This document shows, one piece after another, positions 1-10,151 of a stretch of DNA of 64,000 nucleotides. Made by a program: the position numbers and the translations under genes. The stretch spans positions 64,001-128,000 of the forward strand of contig JBMNIH010000011.1 of NCBI GenBank assembly GCA_050950825.1. Direction: 5' to 3'. Origin of the DNA: Clostridia bacterium (GTDB lineage Bacteria > Bacillota > Clostridia > JAAYHZ01). The notes beneath the pieces were generated by a model that worked only from the letters and a program-made list of their open reading frames with translations, ran no database searches and had not been told where the DNA came from. The stretch's first letter is position 1; every line of letters starts with the position of its first letter.

Positions 1-596
1 CCCCAAGGACTGTTTTGGTACATTTTGTCATAGTAAAAGGGAAAATGCTCGCTGATGATACTCAAAGGTACGGTACGGATGTATCCTTCGTCATGGAGCT
101 CCTTCGGGGTCAAGGGACATCCCGGCAGCAAGCCTACGTCCGGGTACTCTCCCGCCGCCAGCATTTTGGTAAGGCCGATTTCATCGTTGTTGTTGATGTT
201 CCACACCTTTAAATCCACGTTGTACTTTTCTTCAATGAGAAGTTCGTCCCAAGCTCCTTCGAAATAGCGGGCGCCTAATCCGGTCAGCAAACGAATTTCA
301 AAAAACTCAGGGTACGGATGCTCTTCCTCTTCTTCTTGTTCTTCCTCCGTTGCTTCCTCTTCCTCCTCTTCGAAGGGCTCTTCTTGCGTTTCACCGTCGA
401 TTCCGGACTCTTCCGGAACGTCACCGTAATTCTCGGTGTTTTCCGTTTCCGTCGATTCCGTCGCGGATTCCTCCTCCGAGGTTTGGGCGATTGTTTCGCT
501 TCCTTTAGGGCCACAGGAGCACAAGAAAAACATAAGAAGGATCATGGCCAAAATCACGGTAAATATTTCGCCGTATTTCTTCAACATGAACGTCAT
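1..596 (-). CDS. ABC transporter extracellular solute-binding lipoprotein (runs off the left edge)
   Basis: Not in the ORF track; translated by hand. AGGAGG precedes ATG at 596. MTFMLKKYGEIFTVILAMILLMFFLCSCG (lipobox), acidic linker, then EGAWDELLIEEKYNVDLKVW...KMLAAGEYPD, which aligns with EGRWDKVELEEKFNVKFNFW...MMLAAGDVPD of the SBP at 34689-36515. Confidence 0.8.
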   Translation of the reverse strand, partial: MTFMLKKYGEIFTVILAMILLMFFLCSCGPKGSETIAQTSEEESATESTETENTENYGDVPEESGIDGETQEEPFEEEEEEATEEEQEEEEEHPYPEFFEIRLLTGLGARYFEGAWDELLIEEKYNVDLKVWNINNNDEIGLTKMLAAGEYPDVGLLPGCPLTPKELHDEGYIRTVPLSIISEHFPFYYDKMYQNSPW

Positions 597-626
597 CCCT
601 CCTTGCTTTGTTTCTTTTCCTGCCGA

Positions 627-3600
627 TTACATAGGCTCATAGGTCTTAGAATTTGCATATACGGGTTTCGCATTCCTTGCTTTCGGAATCATGACCGTAA
701 TCGTCAAAGGTTCCGACCGTAGAACCTCGTTGTTTCTTCTCAGCTTCACATAGATTTCGGTTTTGCCGTTTCGTAAAGCCGTAATCATTCCGTTTTCGAT
801 GACGACGGCGGAAGGATTACGACTTATAATCTCAATATGTCCGTCCGTTTCGGTAAAGGGCGCTCCGGTTTCGTAGAAGGCATTCAAATATATGGGCGTC
901 TTTTGCGATACCAACAGCCGCTTATCGAAAACCTTCGCCTCCGGCTCCCCTACTTTATATATATTCTCATTCTCCAAGGGAATTGTAAACTCCTGCCCTT
1001 CTTCCATGTAATATATATAGCCTTTGGAAAAGTCATTGACATCCGCCAAGCGTTCCACCGTCGTCACGTCTCCGATATCCAATTGGACATAGGCTCCTTT
1101 TCTTACGGCACCGTAGATTTTGTAGACGGCGTTGGTCGGCCTCGTGTTTTTAATCCGGATATATCGTCCCGTAAGCTCGGCAAGGTCCACATTTTGGTCA
1201 AAGGCCACGGTAATTCGGTTCTCTACGGAGATCTCCCTTGTAAAGTCCATAATTTTCCCGGTATACCGTACGGGCTTTTCTTCTCCGAAGCCCTTGAAGG
1301 ACCCTTCATGGGTGTAGGTATAAAAGGGAATGCCGTCTCTTTCGGAGTACACCCCGAAGAAGCCTTTAAAGGTGATTTTGCCGTCCACCGTAATTTCCAA
1401 ATCCGGGTTCGTGCAGTAGACGATGTAATCGATTCGTCCGTCCGGAAAGACCGTTTTCACGCATGCGGCGTCATTTCCTTCGTATACCTTTCCGTTTACA
1501 ACAATCTCCGCTCTTTCGATTTTTTCAACGTTTCTTTCCCCCTTGTAGGGCTCGATAACGGAAACAAACAAGCTGTCCAAATCGTTTCCGCTCCTTCTTG
1601 CGATCAAGTATTCCAATTCCTTCGGGTTACCCGGCTTGTTTCTCGGAGGTATCCCGGTTGCAACGGTTGCATCGTCGACTTTCGACAGCATGGTCAAGCG
1701 GATATGGATATCGGTTTTCTTTCCCTTCCCCAAGGCATTCCATGTGTCCTTAACATGCCAATCCACGCTGAAAACGTCTTCGGGCTCTTCGTCCTTTCTT
1801 ACGTTGATCAGCCAGTGAAATCCGCTGTTTGTCGTATCCTGCGGCGGCCGGATGCCGAATTCCGTGTTCTCTCCTCCATAGGTTCCGATATATTTTCCGG
1901 CAAAATCCGTCTGAGGCGTTAAATTCAAGCCTTCCGTTTCCACGGTCCCTTCGGCGCCGTGGAAGCTGTAATGATGCTCGGATCCTCCTTTTACTCGGAA
2001 AAAGTCCGCCACATAAAAATCCTCGTCGTTAAGCTTGATCATGGCAACGGTGCGGCGGTAATCAACGCCTTTGGTGCCGTAAGCATAGGGAGCGTCCACG
2101 TCGGTCAGCTTTACATAGGCACCGTCCCCGAAATGTAGGGGTACCTCCGTCTTGTTTTTTCGATCTTGGATCGTGCGATCCACCGTTACCGTGTTGTGGC
2201 TTATGGTGTTGCTGACCCATTCCATTCGGTGAGGAGAATTGTCCGCGTATTCCGGATAGCCTAATTCCGGAGTCAAATCCAAGCCGAAGGCATTGATCCC
2301 GATATTCAAGGTATCCGCATGACCGTGGCCGCTCGTTACGCCGTAGTACATCCATAACGCTTTTTGGGTGTCTCCCAAATCGGCGATATCCTTCATGGTC
2401 TGCATATCCGGATCGTAAAGAACCAGCTTGTTTACGGCCATATTCAAGCCTTTGGCTTCGGGGTTTTGGCCCGTACAAACAAATTCTATGGTATGAGTGC
2501 CCTTCTCCAGGAAAAGCTCTTCCAAGTCTTTCGTTTCGGTTCCGTTCCCGTAAAAGTCGATACGGTCGATTTTCTTCCCGTCTAAATATACGTTGTAAAT
2601 GCCGGAAAAACCCGTCCTTTGGAATATCAGCTCTAACAAATACGTACCGGATTCAAGCACGGTAAAGTCGAAGCTTATGGAGTCATTTATCTCTTTTGCT
2701 TCAAATTCCACCCTTTTGCCCATGAAATCTCGGGCTTCTCTCGTTGCGGTATAGCTTAATTTCGGGAAAAGATACGGAATTCCGATTTCGTAGGTGATGT
2801 TGTATCCGTCCCTTAACACCGACAAGCCGTATCCGGTTAAATTGTCGCTCGTTAAATGCAAAGGCCCGATTTCCTCAATGACCTTTCGGATATCCTCCGC
2901 CACTTGGTCCGGATTTTCGGAAAAGATATTGCCGTGGATTCCTTCCGTGGAATTGTTGTTCAAAAAATAGATGACCTGAGCCAAAAGCGGGTCCTTGTAC
3001 CTTTCGTAAGCCAATACGGTTTGGTCCAAATTGATGTATTTCGTAGGATTTCCCGTGGACCCGGAATCCCCGATAAGAGCGCTGTAGCGGTCCGTCAGCA
3101 TCAAGGGAATCATGGCAAAAAACATCTTTCGGAATTTGGGGTTTTCGTACAGGTCCGCAGCGGGATACAATTCGTAGCCGTCCAAGACATTGGCAACGTC
3201 GATGTATTGGCCGAGCCACAGCATATTGTAGCCGGGCGCCGATTCGTTGCCGTGCCCGTCCCGATTCACGTCGTTAACAAAGGTGGCAAGAATATTGCCT
3301 CCCGTGAGCACGTCCCCCGTATAGGAGCCGGACTTGAAATTAAAATCCAGCCATTCTTTGGTCTCCGGCAGGGAATCCAACACCACCGCCGCCGTAGCCA
3401 GGGTGCTTTGGTGCATGCCGTTGTTCCCGAGGATTTGTCCGTTTTTCACGGCGGGATAAATTTGCCGTACAATACCGTCTTCGATGTTTCTTCGAATTCC
3501 CGCTCCGTTTTTGGTACCCAAATTGTACTGCTGCGCTTTTTCGGAAAGAAAACCGACGATTTCCGGATCGTCAAGCACCGGGAAAAACGCATCGTACGCC

Positions 3601-5885
3601 GTCAAAAAGATCTCCGCCAATCCGGTTTCCCAAATGCTGCCGATGATCTTGCCTTTTCCGGTATGGCCGTGGCTGTTTAAAAACCCGTCGCTGACCTTAT
3701 ACGGCCAAATATCCATCTCGGGGTAAACGTCGGCAACCCGGTCCAGCAAAATCGCTCCGGCTCTTGCGTATTTTAAATCCCCGGAATAGATATAGGCGTC
3801 TCTTAGGCTGCTTAGGGCTTGGGATACCACCCCTCCGTGCCATATATGCCAGTGGTTGTAATAGGCTACAAAGGTGTAGCGGTTTCCGTTTTCGTCGATG
3901 TACCCGTATCCGTCGTCCACTCCCCATTTTTCTCCTTTTTCCGGGTACAAGGTATTGACCAAGAGGCTTTTGTCCGCCAAATCCGGATTAAACTTACGGT
4001 TTTCATCCAAGCCGCTTTTGTAGTAGGCGGCAAAGTCGTTGGTGGGAAAGCGCATCTTGCAGTTGGGACACTCCAATTTCCAGGGAGCGGTAAAGTGATT
4101 GGCATTGTAGGGGTAGTTGCCGTATTTATCAATGGCATTGCCGCAGTTTAAACAACCTAGGGTTTGGTTGACGGCATAGCTTCGAGGAATGCTTTGATCC
4201 GTAACAAAGCTCCATAAGGCCTCATAGCCTAAGTTCACGTAATAGCTTGCGGAGTTTAAGGTCGAATTTTTAATGTCCTTTGCCCATTGGTATTTTTCCA
4301 CGTTCCTTCTTGCGTTTGCTACCTTTTCTTCCGTATAGATCGTGCTTTTTCTTTTGGAATATGAAAGCTCTTCGGAGGTGACGGTGACGGTTTTGCGAAA
4401 GACCTTTTCTCCCAAAGCACAAGTTATCGTAATCGACGCTTCCCCGACCCCGGTTGCTTCGTAATAGGGAACACCGTCTTTTAGGGATACCGATAGGACG
4501 TCGGGATCGGAGCTTTTTAACTCCATACGGGAAAACACGGAAGAGTCCGTTTTTTGACCGTTGGAAAGAAGAGCGTAGACGAAAAAGCTGCCCGAATCAC
4601 CCTTAAAGACCGAATCCTTTCCGAATGCCGTTTCCGTATCAATTAAAGAAAGAACGGTAACGGAAGCGGAAGCCTTCAATTGCTTACCGTCTTTTATATA
4701 CTCCGCCGTAAGAAGGGCTACGCCTTCGCCCGTCCCCGTTGCATAGAGGCTGCCGTCCCTTTCTTCCGTGCGAAGGACGGAAGAATCGCCGCTTTTTACG
4801 ACCGCTTCATTCGTAAGGTCCTCCTCGGACCCGTCGGTAAATTTTCCCGTAACCTTCACCTTCGTGCTTTCGCCGGGGACGATTTCGGGTTTATCGATCC
4901 GAAATTCGATTTCATAAAGAACGGGGTCCTCGGATACAAAAAGCTCCTCCGAGGCGGTCAATTCCTTCCCGTCATAGACGGCCTTCAATGTTATGACGCA
5001 AGAGCCTTCTTTAAGCCCTTCCGCAAAATACGCGCCCTCTTCTTCAACGATCCTCACCGTTTCGGGATCGCCACTTTCCACGGACAAGAAGGATGCGAAG
5101 GACAAAACGGCTTCGGTTTGGTCGTTCAGATAAACAACCGGGAAAAGGTTTACTTTCTCTCCCGGGGAAAAGCCTCTTTTTTCCGCTCGGATTGCCGCAT
5201 CGACAGGCTCCGGCAAAGGAATGCTTACGGGAGGGTCCGCCAAAAATGCGGTAGTGTAGAAGGTCCAATCGGAAAGCTCTTTGTTAAAGTCCTCCGTCAC
5301 AAGGATTCGATCCTTGGTAAAGACCCGAATATTGTCGATATATCCCATGCCGTTATGGCTTGCGGTGCTTAAATCCCCGATATAACCTAAAGCGGTCATT
5401 CTCCCGGTACCGATTTGGGGATAATCGTACAAACCGCCGATTTTCGCCCGGCGGCCGTTAATGTATAAAGAAACGGTGTTATCTTCCTTTACATGAATTA
5501 AAATATTGTGCCACACGTCAGGCTCGATGCGAATGTCCGCCTCGTCTCGTCTGCTTCCTACGGCGGCGAAAAGCTTGTCGCCGGTTTGGTACAGCATCAA
5601 ATCGTCGTACTCTTCTCCGTCGTAAGAACCCCACACGACAAAATCCGCTAAATAGTCTTCCTTCGGATATCGGTAGTGGAAGTTGATAAAGTACTCGTCG
5701 GAAGGAGGAGAGTCTATGGGTTTTCGTATAAAGCCCTTCGTCGATTCCAAGGTGCCGCACTGCATGGCATTTCCTTCCGCCGATTTATCCGCGGATACGG
5801 CTGTAAGGTTAAATGAGGTCGGAAGCAAAAGCGATAAAGCAAGGACCGCCGACAAGTACCTTACGGTTTTCTTATGTATATACAT
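627..5885 (-). CDS. Secreted multidomain heparinase II/III-family polysaccharide lyase-like protein (LamG-like, Ig-like Big_2 repeats, CBM-like insert)
   Basis: Signal peptide; repeated S(S/G)D(P/S)x(V/T)(V/L) Ig-like motifs; DGHGNESAPGYN; GHGHADTLN...LTPELGYP...TISHNTVTVD Hepar_II_III motifs; GGAGG RBS. Confidence 0.8.
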   Translation of the reverse strand: MYIHKKTVRYLSAVLALSLLLPTSFNLTAVSADKSAEGNAMQCGTLESTKGFIRKPIDSPPSDEYFINFHYRYPKEDYLADFVVWGSYDGEEYDDLMLYQTGDKLFAAVGSRRDEADIRIEPDVWHNILIHVKEDNTVSLYINGRRAKIGGLYDYPQIGTGRMTALGYIGDLSTASHNGMGYIDNIRVFTKDRILVTEDFNKELSDWTFYTTAFLADPPVSIPLPEPVDAAIRAEKRGFSPGEKVNLFPVVYLNDQTEAVLSFASFLSVESGDPETVRIVEEEGAYFAEGLKEGSCVITLKAVYDGKELTASEELFVSEDPVLYEIEFRIDKPEIVPGESTKVKVTGKFTDGSEEDLTNEAVVKSGDSSVLRTEERDGSLYATGTGEGVALLTAEYIKDGKQLKASASVTVLSLIDTETAFGKDSVFKGDSGSFFVYALLSNGQKTDSSVFSRMELKSSDPDVLSVSLKDGVPYYEATGVGEASITITCALGEKVFRKTVTVTSEELSYSKRKSTIYTEEKVANARRNVEKYQWAKDIKNSTLNSASYYVNLGYEALWSFVTDQSIPRSYAVNQTLGCLNCGNAIDKYGNYPYNANHFTAPWKLECPNCKMRFPTNDFAAYYKSGLDENRKFNPDLADKSLLVNTLYPEKGEKWGVDDGYGYIDENGNRYTFVAYYNHWHIWHGGVVSQALSSLRDAYIYSGDLKYARAGAILLDRVADVYPEMDIWPYKVSDGFLNSHGHTGKGKIIGSIWETGLAEIFLTAYDAFFPVLDDPEIVGFLSEKAQQYNLGTKNGAGIRRNIEDGIVRQIYPAVKNGQILGNNGMHQSTLATAAVVLDSLPETKEWLDFNFKSGSYTGDVLTGGNILATFVNDVNRDGHGNESAPGYNMLWLGQYIDVANVLDGYELYPAADLYENPKFRKMFFAMIPLMLTDRYSALIGDSGSTGNPTKYINLDQTVLAYERYKDPLLAQVIYFLNNNSTEGIHGNIFSENPDQVAEDIRKVIEEIGPLHLTSDNLTGYGLSVLRDGYNITYEIGIPYLFPKLSYTATREARDFMGKRVEFEAKEINDSISFDFTVLESGTYLLELIFQRTGFSGIYNVYLDGKKIDRIDFYGNGTETKDLEELFLEKGTHTIEFVCTGQNPEAKGLNMAVNKLVLYDPDMQTMKDIADLGDTQKALWMYYGVTSGHGHADTLNIGINAFGLDLTPELGYPEYADNSPHRMEWVSNTISHNTVTVDRTIQDRKNKTEVPLHFGDGAYVKLTDVDAPYAYGTKGVDYRRTVAMIKLNDEDFYVADFFRVKGGSEHHYSFHGAEGTVETEGLNLTPQTDFAGKYIGTYGGENTEFGIRPPQDTTNSGFHWLINVRKDEEPEDVFSVDWHVKDTWNALGKGKKTDIHIRLTMLSKVDDATVATGIPPRNKPGNPKELEYLIARRSGNDLDSLFVSVIEPYKGERNVEKIERAEIVVNGKVYEGNDAACVKTVFPDGRIDYIVYCTNPDLEITVDGKITFKGFFGVYSERDGIPFYTYTHEGSFKGFGEEKPVRYTGKIMDFTREISVENRITVAFDQNVDLAELTGRYIRIKNTRPTNAVYKIYGAVRKGAYVQLDIGDVTTVERLADVNDFSKGYIYYMEEGQEFTIPLENENIYKVGEPEAKVFDKRLLVSQKTPIYLNAFYETGAPFTETDGHIEIISRNPSAVVIENGMITALRNGKTEIYVKLRRNNEVLRSEPLTITVMIPKARNAKPVYANSKTYEPM

Positions 5886-5951
5886 GATGTCTTACCTCCC
5901 GGAAATGTTACCGTACCCTTCTATTATACAACAAAACGAGTATGTAAGGAC

Positions 5952-5996
5952 AAAAAAAGAGAAGGGGTTCCCAAAGTGCGGGTCCAAAACCCCTTC
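5952..5996 (-). terminator. Rho-independent terminator after PIG-L gene
   Basis: Stem GAAGGGGTT (5961-5969) / AACCCCTTC (5988-5996); the A-tract at 5952-5958 is a U-tract on the minus strand. Confidence 0.55.
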
Positions 5997-6015
5997 CCTC
6001 GGAGGCTTTCACGCT

Positions 6016-6924
6016 TTATAAATCCACATAAGGCGCTACCATGTAGCCCCGTCTTTCCAACTGCTCTTTTTCCGTTTCATTGGCCCACTTTTGCATCCTT
6101 TCGGGCAACGGCAGGTAATAGACCGGCTCCGGCCGGTAGCGGATAAAGGGTTCCGCATATCCGGTATTCATCCGGTTTCCGTTGGTGCCAAAGGAGGTCT
6201 CCACGGACTTTTTGGCATAATTTCCGTTGTACTGTTGGCTTGCCATGCAGTGCCTTGCTCGGGTGATTTCCTCGGCTACGTCCGATACGTCCACAAACAA
6301 ATCGCAGTAGCAGGGGATATCCGCATCCAAGGCCGTCGCCTTGAAGTTGTAATTGTCCGGAAACGTAAACAACAGCTGCGGCGTACGGAAGGCCGGATTC
6401 GGGTCCTCAAAATCCACGCTTCCTGCAAAATTCATGGCATGAACCACCATGGCCCCTACTTGGGGATGCTGCCCGATTCCTCCGTTGATTTTCGGGTAAT
6501 GGGTGATCAAAATATCCGGACGTACTTCCCTTATCAAGCGGGCGATTCTCAATATATTCGGCTCGTTCACCAAATTAATCTTGTCCTCTATGTTCAAAAA
6601 CCGTACGTCTTCGATGCCCAATATCTTGCAAGCCTTTACGACCTCCCGGTATTTTATGGCCACCCGTTCGTCTACGATGACCTTTTCCTCATCCTTGCTC
6701 TGCCCGCCTCCCGTAAAGCGCAGCATGTCCGATACCACCGCGTCGTGAATGCGGACGCCTTGCAATACGGCGGCCACCGTTACCTTATCTCCTCTTCTTG
6801 CGTGATGGCACAAGGTCCCTCCGCAGTGGTCAAAGGTGTCGGCAGGATGGGCCATGATGACCAATATTTGTAACGGACCTTTTGCATACCCTTCCATCTT
6901 GTCCGAAAAATCCATGGGTTTCAC
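6016..6924 (-). CDS. PIG-L/LmbE family N-acetyl-sugar deacetylase
   Basis: ILVIMAHPAD...CGGTL, ACKILG, IREVRPDILITH, HxSQ-like CMASQ, YAEPF. Confidence 0.8.
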   Translation of the reverse strand: MKPMDFSDKMEGYAKGPLQILVIMAHPADTFDHCGGTLCHHARRGDKVTVAAVLQGVRIHDAVVSDMLRFTGGGQSKDEEKVIVDERVAIKYREVVKACKILGIEDVRFLNIEDKINLVNEPNILRIARLIREVRPDILITHYPKINGGIGQHPQVGAMVVHAMNFAGSVDFEDPNPAFRTPQLLFTFPDNYNFKATALDADIPCYCDLFVDVSDVAEEITRARHCMASQQYNGNYAKKSVETSFGTNGNRMNTGYAEPFIRYRPEPVYYLPLPERMQKWANETEKEQLERRGYMVAPYVDL

Positions 6925-6947
6925 CTGTACCTTTCCTTATGTATTTT

Positions 6948-8456
6948 TTATGAATAGCGAACGGATATTTTCATATCCAATATTGCCATCTTCGACGGGG
7001 CTTTAATCGTGATAAGATTTTTTCCCTTGATCAAATAGGAAGGGTCGATTTCATGAACGGTATACAGGCCTTCCTCGTACCCCGGAGCCGTCAAAAATCC
7101 GTTGACATACGCCTTTTCCCCTTCCGCTTTGTCCTTCTTGCGGATGCAAAGATAGGCTTTCCCGCCCTTTTCCTTCACCGAATCTCCGACGTAAATATAC
7201 AGGGAGACAGCCTTTTGTTCGTCCGCCTCCAAGGGGTTGGCAGGGTTCAATACGGGTACGTTGAGAAACTCGTCGTAAGGGTAGTTTCCTCCCGCCGCCT
7301 TTCCCATGCCTCGGATGCTGATAAAATAGTCTTTGTCCAATTTTTCAAGCCTGCTCTCCTCCGAAATTTCTCCGGGAAGGGTAAAGCCGGCATCGACATA
7401 GCCTTTTACGTCTTTTCCGGTATAGTTGAAAAGAAAAACCCCGTCCGCTCCTTGGGAAAAAGCGTTCATTGCCCGGGCTCGGTAGCAAAGGAGAGAATCC
7501 CTTTCTCTTCTCGCCTCTTCGTCGGGTATTCGGTTTTCATCCAAGGAAGCGACGTATTTTACTCCGTATTTTTTCGCCAACAAGGCGCTGTAGAGAGGAT
7601 CGTTCATGGTGAAATACCCGCCGGTGAACAAAATGTCAACAAAGCCTTTTTTAAGCCACGCCTCGATGTCCAGTCCGATGGTTTTCGCATACTCTAAAGA
7701 ATCCGGCACTCGTACCGACAGCAGGATGGCTTTTTGCCTTTCTACGCTTCTTTCTACAATGCGTTTTTTGATCCGCTCCATCAAGGCGGTCATCCATTGG
7801 ATTTCTTCCTCGGTGGCGGGAAGACCCTGCGCCGTAGTAGAGAAAAAGACGGGATGCCGGAAAAAGTCCAAATGGACGCCGTCGATATCGTAGTTGTCGC
7901 ATACTTCCTCTACGAATTTATAGGCCAAATCGCGGATTTCCTCCACGGCATAGTCCACCGCCGTCCAAGCGCCGTAAAGCCGTTTTTTCACCCGGTTACC
8001 GATAAGCCGGTCCGGATGCTCCCTCTTGATTTTGTTATTCTCAAAGCAAGCGATGCTTCCGGGGTCGTTCCCCGCATCGTGGGTGTCGTTCATCCGCATA
8101 CCCCAAAACACTTCGATGCCGTGGCGATGACAAAAATCCGATATGATCTTCAAACAATCGGTCCCCTGCTCCACAAGCTTTTGGGTAATATTGTTTTTAT
8201 ATCGGTCGGCGGTTACGGTAAACAGCTGCCCGTGCTTGGTATTGAAGGTGAACTGGCCGAAGCCGGAGCTTCGCGTCACGTAAATTAAGGTATCCGTACC
8301 GCTGTTTACAAGCTTTGTCGTCCGCTGCTCAAGCAGCGCCTCCGCCGTGGCCTCCTTGCAATAGATGATATCGCCGCCGTCATTGTCGAAGATGACTCTC
8401 CGCCTTTTGTCCAAGGCTTCTTTTAAAAGCTCCTTGTAATCCTTCACAAATACCAC
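6948..8456 (-). CDS. Glycoside hydrolase-like TIM-barrel protein (GHL10/DUF187-like)
   Basis: VIFDNDG, RMNDTH, VDYAVEEIRD...NYDIDGVHLDFFR, GLDIEAWLKKGFVD, GADGVFLFN. Confidence 0.65.
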   Translation of the reverse strand: MVFVKDYKELLKEALDKRRRVIFDNDGGDIIYCKEATAEALLEQRTTKLVNSGTDTLIYVTRSSGFGQFTFNTKHGQLFTVTADRYKNNITQKLVEQGTDCLKIISDFCHRHGIEVFWGMRMNDTHDAGNDPGSIACFENNKIKREHPDRLIGNRVKKRLYGAWTAVDYAVEEIRDLAYKFVEEVCDNYDIDGVHLDFFRHPVFFSTTAQGLPATEEEIQWMTALMERIKKRIVERSVERQKAILLSVRVPDSLEYAKTIGLDIEAWLKKGFVDILFTGGYFTMNDPLYSALLAKKYGVKYVASLDENRIPDEEARRERDSLLCYRARAMNAFSQGADGVFLFNYTGKDVKGYVDAGFTLPGEISEESRLEKLDKDYFISIRGMGKAAGGNYPYDEFLNVPVLNPANPLEADEQKAVSLYIYVGDSVKEKGGKAYLCIRKKDKAEGEKAYVNGFLTAPGYEEGLYTVHEIDPSYLIKGKNLITIKAPSKMAILDMKISVRYS

Positions 8457-8475
8457 CCCCTTTTATTTGAAAACA

Positions 8476-8515
8476 GAAAACCGCCCGGGAAGGACTTTCC
8501 CAAAAAGCGGTTTTC
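8476..8515 (-). terminator. Intergenic stem-loop (terminator or mRNA stabiliser)
   Basis: GAAAACCGC / GCGGTTTTC outer stem with an inner GGGAA / TTCCC stem. Confidence 0.45.
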
Positions 8516-8527
8516 CTTGTTTATCCT

Positions 8528-9346
8528 TTATTCCGCAAGGTATTTTTCCAAAAGCGCCTTTGCTTTTTTAATGTCTTCGATTTGCTTTTCACCGGAGATT
8601 TCTCTTTCGATGGTGATGGCTCCGGTATAACCGATGCTTTTCAATTTCTTTATGAAAAGATCGTATCGAACCGAGCCTTCTCCTAAAGGCTTTTCTTTCC
8701 CCAACCGGTATCCGTCCGTAGGATATTCGCCGTCTTTTCCGTGGACGCCCAAAACGTAAGGACCTAAGATGTCCAATGCATCCACCGGATTGGCCTTCCC
8801 GTACATCAACAGGTTGGCGGGATCCAAATTGACGCCTACGTTGGGAAGCCCGATATCGTCGATGGTGCGCTTTAATGTAATCGGAGTTTCTTGCCCGGTT
8901 TCGAATAGGAAGTTTTGGTTTCTGCCCTTGTAATGCCGGACGATGTACTGCAGGGTGGCGATTAAGCTTCTGTAGTTTTCATCCGACGGGTTTTCGGGTA
9001 TATACCCTACGTGGGTGGCGATATCCTTCACCCCCAGCTTTAAGGCAAAATCCGAATGAGCCAGCATGGCATCCATTCTTTGATTTCGATACTCTTTCGG
9101 AACCAGCCCTAAGGTGATCGGTCCTTGGACAAAGTCCCATACCTTCGGACCCGGCCAACCGCCCCATAAAGCGGTAATCTCGATTTCGAATTCCTCCGAT
9201 GCTTTGGAAACCTCCCGTAAAGCATCATCGTCGATCACATTCAAATTCCAGATGGACAGCTGGCAGGTAGGAATGCCCAGTTCCTTGAGAGTTTTGAACT
9301 TCTCTCGGATATTCTTCTCGTAACCGATAATAACGCCAAGTTTCAT
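8528..9346 (-). CDS. Sugar phosphate isomerase/epimerase (AP_endonuc_2 TIM barrel)
   Basis: FETGQE, NLDPANL, VHGKDG, LGEG.V, ITIERE. Start moved to ATG 9346 behind AAGGAG. Confidence 0.85.
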   Translation of the reverse strand: MKLGVIIGYEKNIREKFKTLKELGIPTCQLSIWNLNVIDDDALREVSKASEEFEIEITALWGGWPGPKVWDFVQGPITLGLVPKEYRNQRMDAMLAHSDFALKLGVKDIATHVGYIPENPSDENYRSLIATLQYIVRHYKGRNQNFLFETGQETPITLKRTIDDIGLPNVGVNLDPANLLMYGKANPVDALDILGPYVLGVHGKDGEYPTDGYRLGKEKPLGEGSVRYDLFIKKLKSIGYTGAITIEREISGEKQIEDIKKAKALLEKYLAE

Positions 9347-9434
9347 GATCATGACTCCTTGTCCTGTTTGTATTCCCTTTTCTTCCATTATACCGGTTGC
9401 TTATCCGGGTGTGTAGCATTCTTTTCATCCTTTG

Positions 9435-10151
9435 TCATATTGTCCATTGGTTATTGATAATGCCCGTTAAATACCATCCTCCCCGGTACTCTTGGAACAC
9501 CAAGCGTAAGCTTCTCCAATCCATACCGTCGTAGCCCGGATCGAAGCCGGAGAAATAGTATTCCACGATGATGGGATTTTCATAAACCTCGAATTGGTTT
9601 TCCATGGCGTTGCCGAAGCTTAGGACCGTATTGTAGCCGATCTTTTCGGCATTTAGAAAGTCGTGGGTGTATATGAACTTTTCATAATACTCCGAAGGGG
9701 TCAAAAGGATATCGTCTCCGGACCCGTCGTAATAGCCCCACAGGTAGGTCTTCTCGTCGTCAAAAAAGCTTTCGATTTGATCCTTGGTAAAAATAATATC
9801 TTTATCCTTCTCCACGTAGGTATACGGGGTGAAGCGGACTCCTTTTTCCGGGTGGACATAAGCCGCCCAGGTTTTTACGTCCTTTTCGGCAATGGCCTTT
9901 AAAACGGTATCGGATATTTCTTTTATGATTTCTTCCGCTTGCTCCGGAACGATATATCCTTCCTCGGTGTAGCGGTACTCTATAGCCTCGCTCTCTATAT
10001 TTTCGGTATTTTCCGGGCTTTCCGGGACGGTTTCTTGTTCTTCTTCTTTTTCCGTTTGAAGATTGGGGTCTTCAACGAAGCTTTCGGAGCATGCGGTAAA
10101 AAGCATTCCGATTACCACCGCCATTATCAAAAGCGTCATTTTCTTTCTCAT
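9435..10151 (-). CDS. Hypothetical lipoprotein
   Basis: Lipobox LFTAC; conserved-looking VHPEKGVRFTPY, WGYYDGSG, GMDWRSLRLVF. Start at 10151 behind GGAGG. Confidence 0.7.
   Translation of the reverse strand: MRKKMTLLIMAVVIGMLFTACSESFVEDPNLQTEKEEEQETVPESPENTENIESEAIEYRYTEEGYIVPEQAEEIIKEISDTVLKAIAEKDVKTWAAYVHPEKGVRFTPYTYVEKDKDIIFTKDQIESFFDDEKTYLWGYYDGSGDDILLTPSEYYEKFIYTHDFLNAEKIGYNTVLSFGNAMENQFEVYENPIIVEYYFSGFDPGYDGMDWRSLRLVFQEYRGGWYLTGIINNQWTI

Noticed and set aside
300-480. GAA/GAG-rich low-complexity repeat
   Set aside because: Encodes the acidic linker of the lipoprotein; not an independent repeat element.
837-5372. Long plus-strand ORFs (837-1922, 2856-3680, 4680-5372)
   Set aside because: Antisense shadows of the lyase gene with no motifs or RBS; the same applies to most overlapping short ORFs in the track.
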